Shown here: piece after piece, positions 27,316-39,747 of the stretch | How the letters are laid out: each line of letters starts with the position of its first letter | Numbering within the stretch: position 1 is the first letter of the stretch | Source: Leucoraja erinacea | Taxonomy: Eukaryota | NCBI RefSeq assembly: GCF_028641065.1 | Contig: NC_073398.1 | Span: 7,998,001 to 8,062,000, forward strand | Direction of reading: 5' to 3' | Length of the DNA stretch: 64,000 nucleotides | The notes under the pieces: generated by a model | Database searches by the model: none | Told to the model about the DNA's origin: nothing | Seen by the model: the letters and a program-made list of their open reading frames with translations, nothing else | Position numbers and translations under genes: made by a program

Positions 27316-28149
27316 TAGTGTTTTTGTAGGAAGGAACTGCCGATGCTCATTTAAACCAAAGATAGACACAAAAAACTGGAGAAACTCAGCGGGTCAGCAA
27401 CAGATTTGATTTTGAGCTGATCTCAATATATAACCTTCTTAATGTAGGATTCAATCAAAAATTGCAGTGGGCACTACAATAAAACCACAGTAAATATAGC
27501 TGAATAACTTCACTGGTTATCAATCCTTTTTCCTCAAGCCTCTCCATAATCTTAATTTCAATTATGCTCAGTTGCAGATGGGAGAACCAATGGATTATTT
27601 GCAGTTACGACTTACGACGGTCAGATGGAAGGGTCGTCCAAAACTAGGTAGGTTCATCTGTGCAAGAAACGGCAAACAATCGAGAAGGAATGGGTGACGT
27701 TTCAGGTCAAGACCAGTTCGATCCAAAACATCACCCATTCCTTCTCTCCAGAGATGCTGCCTGTCCTGCTCAGTTTCTCCAACATTGTGTCATATCTTCA
27801 ATTTAAGCCAGCATCTGCAGTTCTTTCCTCCACATGTTTATCGGCTTTGAAGTTTCATATTACTGAACCACTGGTACCAGGTTTCAGCGTGCAACTGAAG
27901 CTCAAAGGTTCAAAGGGTATATTGTCACGTGTACCAATTAAGGTACAGTGATACATCCAAAACAGGTTTCATCATTCAGAGTGATGTTTAGAACCAAAGT
28001 TTAAAGTATGCAAAAAGAAAAAGGCTGATAAGACATGAGAATTAAAAATTGGGAATAAGGAAATAAACCTGAAATCACAAAATATCTCATAAGGATCTCA
28101 CAAAGCTGAGGAGGTGGAACCTAATATAATATTTAAAAAATATACGTGG

Positions 28150-29285
28150 AAATATATATCCTAAGGACCTGATGATTTACAATTTTGAAAAAGTGGAGTT
28201 CTCTGGTTATTATCTTTCAAATGTCTATATATTCTGTAATTGCTCCCATGGATTAGAGGGCAGAAAATGTGACCCCACTATTTATCGGAAAAGGGGTTAT
28301 GCAAAAAAAAAAAAAAAAAAGGCAGTCGGCAATGAACATAATGAAAACAGCTTGAAAATAAAATAATTGAGTTGAGGCAACATGGATTTATTAAACGGAA
28401 CTCATGTTTGACTAATGTGCCAGAGTTCTTTGAAATTTAACTGGAATAAAAGTGGAACCAGTTGTGATAAATGTAGAACCAGTAAACGGCATGAATTTAA
28501 AAATTTTGGAAGCCTTTCAATGTGGTCTTACATAGGGAGATTGATCAACAAAGGTAGAGCACATCACATATAGATATGGATTTGGAATTAATTATGAGAC
28601 AAAAACATGGGGTGTAAATGGATCCTTCAGGTAGGCAGGTTGTGACTAGTGGAATACTACAATATCGATGCCCTCAATTCTTCTCAATCTGTACAAGCTA
28701 TTTGATCAGGGGGACTGAATATAATACTGCTAAGCTTGCTGACAATACTAAATTAGGTGGCAGAGAATGTCACGGAGGAGAAATCAGAGGGTTACAGACA
28801 AGCCAAGTGGGCAAAACTATGGTTGATCGTATACAGTGAGGTAATATAAAGTTATCTATTTTACAGAAAATCAATTTGTTAATTACAGTATGATGGGGGT
28901 GATGCACATGCCCAAAAGGAACATAGGCACATTTGTATACAAGATAAAGGGCAACATGCAAGTGCAGCGTGATATATCAGCCTTTATTACACATGGATCC
29001 AAATACATAAGCGAAGAGATTTTATCGTGACCAAATAGGGCACTAATGAAACCACGCCAGGTGGTACTGTGTATGGATTTGGTGATCTTACACAAGAAAG
29101 GATCAACTTGTCATAATAGTGCAGCGACGATGCCCTAGATGAGTTCCAGGGATGGCAGGGTGACGATACGGGCAGAAATCAAGTAGATTTACACTATATT
29201 TCCCAGATTTTAGAAGTTTGCAGGTTCTCATTAAAACATAAAATTCTTATCAGCTCAATGCAGGGGAGGATATTTCCACTGGCTA
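28150..29285 (+). mobile_element. Old CR1 RT remnant
   Basis: Degenerate QHGF, VTSG and KLADNTKLGG motifs interrupted by many stops. Confidence 0.65.
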
Positions 29286-31677
29286 AGAATAATGGCATTT
29301 AGGAAGAGACAATGATTTGAAAATACCAACTTTTACTTTCTTTAGCTGCTAGAATTGGATGATCAAGACTCCAGCATTAAAAAATAACTGGGGGGGGGAG
29401 GGTCATTGTTTTTGCCTGTAATTTTACATTTAGCAGTAATTTAACAATTAGTAATTGAAAATTTAGCAGTATTGGATGTTTAATGAGCTGGCTGGATTAT
29501 TAGATACTGCTGTTTAAAAAAAACTTGCAACTCTCCCAGGCACTCAATTCAACAGCAAGTTCATGCAAACCCTGATATGGAAATTATAACAAACCTGGCT
29601 GTGGTTTCTGGAAACCAACTTGGCTTTCCACATCACAGCCAAGCATCACCTTTTCATCTCCAGAAATACTCTGTTTAATTTTAGTCAAGATAGACAGAAA
29701 TTTAGCCCATCGTTGCTGCTATTCAAAATGCTATTTAATTAACCTCACACTCTCACTATCTCTAGAATGATAGTTATTTCATTTAATATTCATTCAATTT
29801 CAATTTGAAAATTATGGTTAATTCTGCTTCACCATCTAGTAATGCATTCTCGTTAACAATTCACTATGTTAAAAAAAAAATCTCCTTTTTCTCAATTGCC
29901 AAAAATATAATCCATCGTCAATGGAAACAATTACCAGTGTATATTCTATCAAAACTACCTTGAATACCTCTAAAATGTTCCTCATAACTGCTACTCTTTT
30001 AAGGAGAATATCAAGTTTATTGGTGTCTTCATTCAGCAGAAACGTATTTAGTACCATTCTGGTAAATGCTCTTTAGATCTTGCAAGGTCTTGACATTCAT
30101 CTTAGTGTGCATTAGGTTCCTGAATGCATTAATATTGATCATGTTGAAGCTTGCTTCTCTCATTCCTTACGCAGTTTATGAAGAGGTCATCAACATTTCT
30201 GCCTTTTTGCCCCGAGCCTCCTCCAATGCCGGAGAGGGCACAGGCAAACTGGGGGAACAACACCTCATATTCCTCTTGGGCATTTTACAACGCAATGCTA
30301 CCAACATTGAGTTCCACAATTTTAGGTAAATAACTGTTCAGCACCTCACTCCATCCCTGTGCCCCACCTCAATATGCATCCAATACTCTTTCCCTCCATT
30401 GTCTCTTTCCACCTATACCCCTTCCTCTGACTTGACATTTCACACTCCTCATTATTTCAGGGCCCTTTTTTTTCATTTCATTCCTGGTCTTTTCCAACAA
30501 TCTGCCAATTAAATCCCCCCACACTTGCATCCACCTCTCACAAGCCAGGCTTTTTCCCCCCACCAATCAGTTTGAAAAAGAGCTCCGAAACATCACCTAA
30601 CCATGTTCCCCAGAGAAGCTGCCTGATCTGGCCAGTCACTCCAGCATTTTATCCTTTTTCATCTAATTTTGAATTACTTTCAATAACAGATGTTCATCTC
30701 CTTTTGAAGAAGAATAGTCTTAAATCATCCACGTCTGCTTCTTCGATCAAGTGGAGCTTGGTGAGAATAAGCTTAATGAGAGGTGACAAGTCAAGTGAAG
30801 CATTATTTTACATGAACTACTTATATTTCCATAACAAGAAAATCTCCACTTGGCTACATGCCCGAATAAAGCATTCCCGTTGAGCAAAGCCAAACTGCAT
30901 TTGTCAGAGCCCTCAGATTGAGCTGCATTAGTTCTGCACCATTCCACAAGAAAATAAGTTACTCAAGAGACTTGAAACAGTGCTAAACTTTATGGCTTGC
31001 TCAGTCACTTCAAATATGAACTATACAAAATTAGTCTTGATTCACATGTAAGCCAGAGTAGGCTGCAGTAAATGCTCTTTCATGATGGACAACCATAAAC
31101 CATATTTTGAAATTGGAATGAATGGGGTAGACAAATCGGACCACGAATAGGCACAGACATACATCTTTTGTTCTACATGCTCTCAACCACAATTCATTCT
31201 CCACATGAATATTTCCTACACCAGCCACCTCCAAAATCACAGGCAATATTATATCCAAAATACAGCCTAAAATTACATTGCCCATGACATGCAACCATAA
31301 GGAACTTCCATGTTTAATTCCGGAAGAATTAGAAGTAAAATAAAGAGGTTTCCCTGTATTACGCCTTTCAGCTTCAACCACCTGATGCAGGGCATCAACT
31401 ACTGAAAACAACAATGCAGCAATGAAGCATTGTCATAGACTCATGCTACATGGAAACAGGCCCGTCATCCCAAATCTGTCATGCCCACCAAGATGTCTCA
31501 TCTAAGCTAGTTTAACTTGCCCGTGTTTAAACCATATTCCTCTAAACCTTTCCTATCCATGTACCTATCCAGATGTCCAAAATGTTATAGCACCCAAGGA
31601 AGAATAATAATAAAGTTGAAAAACTTGGCTTATGAGGAACACCGAATAGTGGTTACTCACAGGTTTAAAAAACTTAC

Positions 31678-31864
31678 GTAGTGAACGCCGTCGCTTATTT
31701 TTTAGTCTCCTTCGTTTATTCATTACTGCTTTTGAAGGGGATTCCTCCTTGACTTTCGGCTGACTAGTAACCTTTGCAGAGTTTTGTTGGCTGAAGTGAG
31801 TGGGAACATGACGAGCAAGGCCGCCTTGAGATGCAAAGCTCGCAGTGCATCCACCAACAACACA
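31678..31864 (-). CDS. AEBP2: AEBP2 coding exon 4, zinc finger 3 and KR-rich basic motif
   Basis: [62 protein letters not shown]; acceptor tttttcAG, donor GTaagt; 187 nt, phase 0/1. Confidence 0.97.
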
Positions 31865-33029
31865 CTGAAAAAAAGAGCAAAAAATTATTAGGGCAAAATG
31901 AAAATCACCATAAATTCACGGAAAATTCTGAATGTTGAACAAATGCAATTGTTATGATTAACTGCAGAATGATTGCAGCTTTAAATTCCACTCAACCATG
32001 CTTCAAAAAAAATCGCTTCAGATAAACTATCTGATGTGAATAAACTGTTTATTAAACACTTGATGCCAATTCACATCTCCAGTTACCTCCCACATTCAAA
32101 AGATGTGCCGATTTGTAGGTTAATTGGCTTCAGTAAAATTATCCAGTATATGTAGGATAGAACTAGTGTGAACAGGTGATCGCTGGTTGGCGCTGAGTCG
32201 GTGGGCTGAAGAGGCTGTGCCTCTAAAACAAAAATCTATAGATAAAGTGCAGGAACAAACGTGTAAGGGCTGCAGCAAGGTAGGGACTGGAAGACTGGCA
32301 CTATAATCTTAGCTTAGGAGAGGTCTCTTCAGTTATCTAATCACAGCATCTCATGGTAGGTTCTTTCAAGCTTTTGTATTGTCTGGCCAACCAGACATGC
32401 AAGAAGAGAGAATGATCCATCATCGACCCGAAACGTCGCCTATTTCCTTCGCTCCATAGATGCTGCCTCACCCGCAGAGTTTCTCCAGCATTTTTGTCTA
32501 CCTTCATTATGTTGGATGCTTTCCCAACATAGCATGAAGTGCAGGTGGAGTAGGTGGGGAAGACTGGTTTGTGTGATGGTGGACTGGGATGCAGCCACAA
32601 CCAAAGATCGTAGAGGGACAAGATAGACCACTCCTTCGAAATTCAATGGGCTGACGTGTAGTACGCAACGGAACGTCACGGCCGCCATTTGTTACAGCGA
32701 CACTCGACTTCCGGTATTCCACCCGCTGTGATTCAAAGCAAAGATTATAGAGCTCCGCTATAATCTTTGATCCAAAGCAAAGATCCTCAAGTATCTTGTA
32801 GCGGGAACAGACCCCTCCTTTGTGTAGTTTCCCTTGCATTGTATTGCTTTAACACACACTGCAAAAAATTAAATTTAACGTATATATATTTAATATATTT
32901 ATATGAATGTGTGTCTGTGTGTGAGAGGCTTAGAATAATAGTTTATTCTCATGATCAGAAGCTACTTTGATTTAAATAATCGCTATTAATTTATTTGTCT
33001 TGTAAGATGATATACATAAACCATAAAGG

Positions 33030-33255
33030 CAATTATATATATAATTATATAGTAATAATATATATGCATATATATATTTACACACACATATATATACACA
33101 TACAATATACACACACATATATATACACATACATACATGCACATACAAATGCACACATACAAATGGATACATTTATATGCATACATACACACATATTATA
33201 TATGACATACATGATATACACACATTTTGTTACATATATATTTATACATATGATT
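33030..33255. repeat. (TA)/(CA)-rich low-complexity microsatellite
   Basis: Imperfect TA/CATA/CACA runs. Confidence 0.85.
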
Positions 33256-33261
33256 AACATG

Positions 33262-34645
33262 TAGAGGAACCAACGAGAGAGCAGGCTATTTTAGACTGGG
33301 TATTGAGGAGGAGGGTTAGTTAGCAATCTGTTGTCTGCCCCCTTGGGCAAGAGTGACCATAATATGGTTGAGTTCTTCATTAGGCAGGCAGTGACTAGTG
33401 GGGTACCGCAAGGCTCAGTGCTGGGACCCCACCTATTTACAATATATATTAATGATCTGGATGAGGGAATTGAAGGCAATATCTCCAAGTTTGCGGATGA
33501 CACTAAGCTGGGGGACAGTGTTAGCTGTGAGGAGGATGCTAGGAGACTGCAAGGTGACTTGGATAGGCTGGGTGAGTGGGCAAATGTTTGGCAGATGCAG
33601 TATAATGTGGATAAATGTGAGGTTATCCATTTTGGTGGCAAAAACAGGAAAGCAGACTATTATCTAAATGGCGGCCGACTAGGAAAAGGGGAGATGCAGC
33701 GAGACCTGGGTGTCATGGTACACCAGTCATTGAAAGTAGGCATGCAGGTGCAGCAGGCAGTGAAGAAAGCGAATGGTATGTTAGCTTTCATAGCGAAAGG
33801 ATTTGAGTATAGGAGCAGGGAGTTTCTACTGCAGTTGTACAGGGTCTTGGTGAGACCACACCTGGAGTATTGCGTACAGTTTTGGTCTCCAAATCTGAGG
33901 AAGGACATTATTGCCATAGAGGGAGTGCAGAGAAGGTTCACCAGACTGATTCCTGGGATGTCAGGACTGTCTTATGAAGAAAGACTGGATACACTTGGTT
34001 TATACTCTCTAGAATTTAGGAGATTGAGAGGGGATCTTATAGAAACTTACAAAATTCTTAAGGGGTTGGACAGACTAGATGCAGGAAGATTGCTCCCGAT
34101 GTTGGGGAAGTCCAGGACAAGGGGTCACAGCTTAAGGATAAGGGGGAAATCCTTTAAAACCGAGATGAGAAGAACCTTTTTCACACAGAGAGTGGTGAAT
34201 CTCTGGAACTCTCTGCCGCAGAGGGTAGTCGAGGCCAGTTCATTGGCTATATTTAAGAGGGAGTTAGATGTGGCCCTTGTGGCTAAGGGGATCAGAGGGT
34301 ATGGAGAGAAGGCAGGTACGGGATACTGAGTTGGATGGTCAGCCATGATCATATTGAATGGCGGTGCAGGCTCGAAGGGACGAATGGCCTACTCCTGCAC
34401 CTAATTTCTATGTTTCTATTATTTTCAACGATCAATAGATTTACGATCAGTTCCTGTGGATTGGAGGATAGCTAATGCTATCCCACTTTTCAAGAAAGGA
34501 GCGAGAGAGAAAATGGGGAATTACAGACCAGTTAGCCTGACTTCTTTGGTGGTGTGAAAGATGCTGGAGTCAATTATTAAAGATGTAATAATGGGGCATT
34601 TGGATAGCAGTAAAAGCATTAGTCCAAGTCAACATGGATTTATGA
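33262..34645 (+). mobile_element. CR1/HER1 LINE pieces; young 3' copy at 33385-34418
   Basis: ORF 33331-34329 has SGVPQGSVLGP, KFADDTKL, RPHLEYCVQFWSP and FFTQRVVNLWNSLP, then a 3' UTR ending ttctatgtttctat. Flanked by other CR1 ORF2 segments (EEPTREQAILD; VPVDWRIAN...NYRPVSLTS...QHGF). Confidence 0.92.
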
Positions 34646-34944
34646 TTTTACAATGCATTTAAGCCTCTCCCATTTTTATGAGATTAATTCCTGGAATATG
34701 CAGGAAGTTTATTGTACCCTAGTGCTACTTGCCTGAACAATGGATGATATATCACTTAAATGCAATTGTTTTCAGTTGTGTGGAGAGACCTGTATATTGA
34801 AAATGTGTTTTGCCTCTAATATGTCAATTTACCTTAAATGTAGAAGAGCTTATTAAAATCTTCTTACAAAGACAATTAAGTATTTTCTATCTATCCTTTT
34901 TTGGACCCAAGGCATAGCAGAGCTGCCAACTCTCACGAAGAGGT

Positions 34945-35280
34945 AAGGGAGGGAGAGATGGAAGGGTGGGAGGGAGGGGAAGGGGAGGAGATCGCGAAGA
35001 GAGGGGGGAGAGAGAGAGAGAGAAGATCGAGAGAAGAGAGGGGAGCGAGAGATCGAGAGGAGGGGAGAGAGCGATCGAGAGAAGAGAGGGAGAAGGGGGG
35101 AGAGGGAGAAGGGGGAGAGGGAGAAGGGGAAAGGGGGGGGACAGGGCGAAGGGGGACAGGGACAAGGGGGAGAGGGAGAAGGGGGAGGGAGAAGGGGAAA
35201 GGGGGGGACAGGGAGAAGGGGGGAGGGAGAAGGGGACAGGGACAAGGGGGAGAGGGAGAAGGGGGAGAGGGAGAGTGGAA
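34945..35280. repeat. Purine-rich (GA/GGGA) minisatellite
   Basis: Almost exclusively G/A on the plus strand, with gggagaagggggaga-type units. Confidence 0.9.
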
Positions 35281-37425
35281 CGATAGCACATTATAACGCG
35301 CAGCCGTCCCATTCCGACCAAAGATTATAGAGCAGAGCTCCACTAGTATCTTTGATTGCGGCCGCCGCCACCGAACCCCCCGACCCACCATTGCACCCAA
35401 AGATGATAGAGCAGAGTTATATAATATTTGATTGCACCCTTCTTCACGGCGGGCTTGTGATGTCTTGTATGTATGTGAGTGTTGTTTGCTATGTCCCTAT
35501 GTTCGAGGAATATAATGGGTAACAGCCGCCCATTCTCGGACTCGAAAAATCTCCTGGTCACTGGACCTGATGTGCCCGCGTGCCATATTGTGCAGACTAA
35601 TCCCTTACAAAACAAAACCAAAAACGTACAGAAGTGTTAAAATTGTCTTTATTATTATGGTGAGTAAAGAACTATTAAAAATAAGTCTAAGAACTTTCTA
35701 ATGTACCGACTAATGTTTCCCAATGGCCGTTGATGGGAGAACAGAAAATACCATTTTCACGACAGAATATCGACTGAAAATAATAAAAATATTTTCTCAC
35801 CTTTCTTTTTTATTGGGGAACCTAAAGAATGACAGGTTGGGTCGTTTAGATTTACGATTAGAATACTTGATAGCGGAGCAGTGAGATGAAGATTTAGCTG
35901 AGGACGCCATTACAGCCCAATAAATGCTTAACAATATGGCGTCGACGGTCACACACGTCATACTACGCGTTTTTCGAGGAGTGGTCTATCTTGTCCCTCT
36001 ACGATCTTTGGCCACAACTCTGCTATTTCTTGAGTCATTGAGCAGCTACCACAGCAAGCTGTAATGCATTCCAATAGGATGCTTTTTACTGTGCATCTGT
36101 ACAAGTTATTAAGAGTAGTTGGAGATGCTGAACTACAGCAGAGGCATTAGGTGCGCTTTCAAGGCTTCAATGTGGTTCATCCAGGACAAATTGTTAGTGA
36201 TATATACACCTAGAAACTTGAAGCTCTCAACCATCTCTATTTCAGCACCACTGAGATGTATGTACACCTTTTGCTGACATTGATGACGAACCTTTGTTTT
36301 GCAGGGAGAGGGAGAAGAGGAGGGGGAGGTTGTTGTCTTGACACCATGTTACTAATCTCTCCATCTCCTTCCTGTACTAGACCTGGACATTGTGCAAGAA
36401 CCAACACACTACAGGGGTGTCAGCCGCAAACTTCTATGTATGTTGGAGCAGAATTTAGCTGCATAATTGAGAGTGCATCGAAAATATAGCAAGGGGCTGA
36501 AAATGCGGCGCATCAGTATTGAGACGAGAGGAGTAGGTATAAATTGAGATACGGTTTAGTTTTGATGTGTGCAAACTTTAATGTTTCTGCCAAATATATT
36601 CAAGGGAAACCATAGATATATTGAGATGCGCTGCTCAGTTTACAGGAATGCTACGATACAAATGGTCATCATCCAAGGACAATTTGCATGGTCAGTATAA
36701 CATTCTTTTGAGAGCATATTCATAGTACAGATATGATAAATGTATTCCTGCTGGCAAGATGATCCAGAAGAATAGGATAAATTATTTAAATTAAATGCAT
36801 GTTATACAACCACAGTTATGCAAGCACTAGACAAAATCTGCAATCAGCTTCAATAAAAACCATTGACCTAACGGGTAAAACAGATTATTTATTTAGAAAA
36901 GCATCATGTGATCAAAAGCAAAGTTAGAAAATAGTGGAGCTGAAAATATTAATCGTCCCAAGTACTATGGGAAAAGGCGGACGATAGTATTAGTTTTGCT
37001 GATTCAATTGTAAAATGATCAGAGAGTTGATCTAAGGAAATTCAATACAGTCTCTTCTGCCTACCTGATCAATTTCAGCTACTACTATCTATTTTAGGGG
37101 AGTTTTCTCTGCTCCCTGAATAGCTATCAAGCAGCTATTCATTATTCGGTTTTAACAGTTTATTAAATGGTTTACATAAGTATGATTGATCAAGGTTATG
37201 GGAGTCCTGTAAGTTTACAAGTATGTATAAATTGGTAAAATCACTACCTACACAATTGGGAAGCAGCAACACAATAGATACAATTGCAATCACATACGAT
37301 GGATTCCACTGTCCTTGAGGCACCATTTCAGGGTTTAAATGGTTTTGCTTCAAATGTTTCAAAGCGAGCTGCTCAGTTGCAATTGTTGGTAATCCACAAG
37401 TAGCAAGTATTGATGTACAGCATAA

Positions 37426-38570
37426 GTTCAAGTTCAAGTGAGTTTATTGTCATGTGTCCCTGATAGGACAATGAAATTCTTGCTTTGCTTCAGCACAGAA
37501 CATAGTAGGCATTTACTACAAAACAGATCAGTGTGTCCATATACCATAATATAAATATATACGCAGATGAATAAATAAAGTGATAAAGTGCAAATAACAA
37601 ATAATGGGTTATTAATAATCAGAGTTTTGTCCGAGCCAGGTTTAATAGCCTGATGGCTGTGGGGAAGTACCTATTCCTGAACCTGGTTGTTGCAGTCTTC
37701 AGGCTCCTGTACCTTCTACCTGAAGGTAGCAGGGAGATGAGTGTGTGGCCAGGATGGTGTAGGTCTTTGATGATACTGCCAGCCTTTTTGAGGTAGCGAC
37801 TGTAATAAATCCCCTCGATGGAAGGAAGGTCAGAGCCGATGATGGATTAGGCAGTGTTTACTACATTTTGTAATCTTTTCCTCTCCAGTTGCCGAACCAA
37901 GCCACAATGCAACCGGCCAGCATGCTCTCTACTGTGCACCTGTAGAAGTTAGAGAGTCCTCCTTGACAAACCGGCTCTCCGTAATCTTCTCAGGAAGTAG
38001 AGGCGCTGATGAACTTTCTTGATAATTGCATTAGTGTTCTTGGACCAGGAAAGATCTTCAGAGATGTTCACGCCCAGGAATTTGAAGTTCTTGACCCTTT
38101 CAACCATATAAACGGGGCTATGGGTCCCCCTCCTACTCCTTCCAAAGTCCACAATCAGTTACTTGGTTTTGCTGGTGTTGAGGGCCAGGTTATTGCACTG
38201 GCACCATATGGACAGTTGCTCGATCTCTCTTCTATACTCTGACTCATCCCATCAGTGATACGTCCCACAACAGTGGTGTCATCAGCGAACTTGATGATGG
38301 AGTTGGCACTGTGACTGGCTACGCAGTCATGAGTATAGAGTGAGTATAGCAGGGGGCTGAGCACGCAGCCTTGAGGTGCTCCCGTGCTGATTGTTATCGA
38401 GGCTGACACATTTCCACCAATACGAATAGACTGTGGTCTGTGAATGAGGAAGCGAGGATCCAATTGCAGAGGGATGCGCAGAGACCCAGTTCTGCGAGTT
38501 TGGTAACCAGCTTGGAGGGGATGATTGTGTTAAATGCCGAGCTGTAATCGATGAATAACAGACTGACATA
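37426..38570 (-). mobile_element. Rex1/Babar-like LINE, 5'-truncated
   Basis: [36 protein letters not shown] and KFADDTTVVGRI motifs with frameshifts; (aacttg)n tail at 37426-37438. Confidence 0.88.
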
Positions 38571-39038
38571 CGAGTTAAACCAACAATCTTGAAATCGACT
38601 GTTTATCATACAGTGGTAAGATGTTGCTCAAGAAACCAGTTTGGCTGCAGTTATATCAATTTCTCGTTTCAGCGCAGTGTGCAGCATTCTAGCCTGAAAC
38701 CCCTGACCACAAAAGTAAACTACTGAGATCCTAACCACATTTAGTCTTGCACCTTTGGAATATCAACAGTTGTCATGTGTAGGTACAAGATGACCCATTT
38801 GTTACAGATTTTAAAACTTAGATTAGTTGTCTACAACATATTTTCAGTCCATTTTAATCAATGCTCTCCAACCATGATGGTAGTTTAAGAATGTTTAAAA
38901 TTGGTTGTAATTGACAGGACTTCATTAATATACCAATAACAATCCAAATAATGCACATGTATACCATGCAAGCTGACAGTGGTATTAGATCATACCCTGA
39001 AACATCTGGATAGTTTGGATAGTCAAAAGACAACCGTA

Positions 39039-39069
<31 letters not shown>

Positions 39070-39215
39070 TAAATCGGAAGGCGCATTTGAACCCATGTCT
39101 TCTCACATTTTTTTTGTTTTTAAAAGAGGTAGGATTTATGGTTTATTCTGAGAAAATGAATCAATGGTGATCTACATTAAGGTTGGGTTAAAATTTGCCT
39201 AAGTTTTCATATTAC

Positions 39216-39323
39216 CTTAAATGGCTTGTCTCCACTATGCGTGAGCATATGCCTCTGCAGCCAGCTTTGACTAGTGGATGGCGTGTTGTACACTTTGCAC
39301 CCTTTCCACAGGCAAACAAACAC
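39216..39323 (-). CDS. AEBP2: AEBP2 coding exon 3, zinc finger 2
   Basis: [36 protein letters not shown]; acceptor ttttcAG, donor GTaata; 108 nt, phase 0/0. Confidence 0.97.
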
Positions 39324-39747
39324 CTGAAAAATAAATTTACAATAATTGAAAAATTATTCAAAAGTAAAAATTCAAGGAACATGCTGCTGCTTTAATGTAC
39401 AATGATGAAATGAACAAGGATGTCAATTCTCAATCAGGAAACATCTTTCCTCTATTGTCACGGCACCCCACTGTGCTTTAAAATATAATTTACTCTACAT
39501 TGGTCCCAACGGGCATTGAACCTTCAATAATACTAATTCCTTGCCTGATTTCCAATATGTCATACTGTACATCTATGACATCTTGTACATTAATTATAAT
39601 CACATGACTGGCCTTGTACTTAAGCCAAAACATTTCACATACTTAACACTAAAGGGATTTCACATGGTTCCTTCTCAAATTGTAGACAGGTTGTAAATCA
39701 CAGCAAAATCAATCACATCAGATCTGGTTACTTCAGATTGACATTTA

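Larger units (their letters stand above)
32602..36010. mobile_element. Non-autonomous P-superfamily-like DNA transposon with nested insertions
   Basis: Perfect 34-bp TIRs caaagatcgtagagggacaagatagaccactcct (32602-32635, 35977-36010) and perfect 8-bp TSD gccacaac (32594-32601, 36011-36018). It splits an older Rex-like LINE. Confidence 0.85.

Noticed and set aside
32972-33264. Cys/Tyr/Val/Ile-rich ORFs
   Set aside because: Translations of a TA/CA microsatellite.
34917-34937. cagagctgccaactctcacg, a hAT-like terminal sequence
   Set aside because: No partner TIR or TSD found.
34853-35400. Pro/Ser-rich and Gly/Glu/Arg-rich ORFs of 100-155 aa
   Set aside because: They are translations of a purine minisatellite that lacks stop codons.
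35311-35438. CRISPR-like repeat-spacer appearance of the caaagat...tttg palindromes
   Set aside because: Vertebrate DNA with no cas genes; each unit has its own 8-bp flanking repeat and matches transposon TIR ends.
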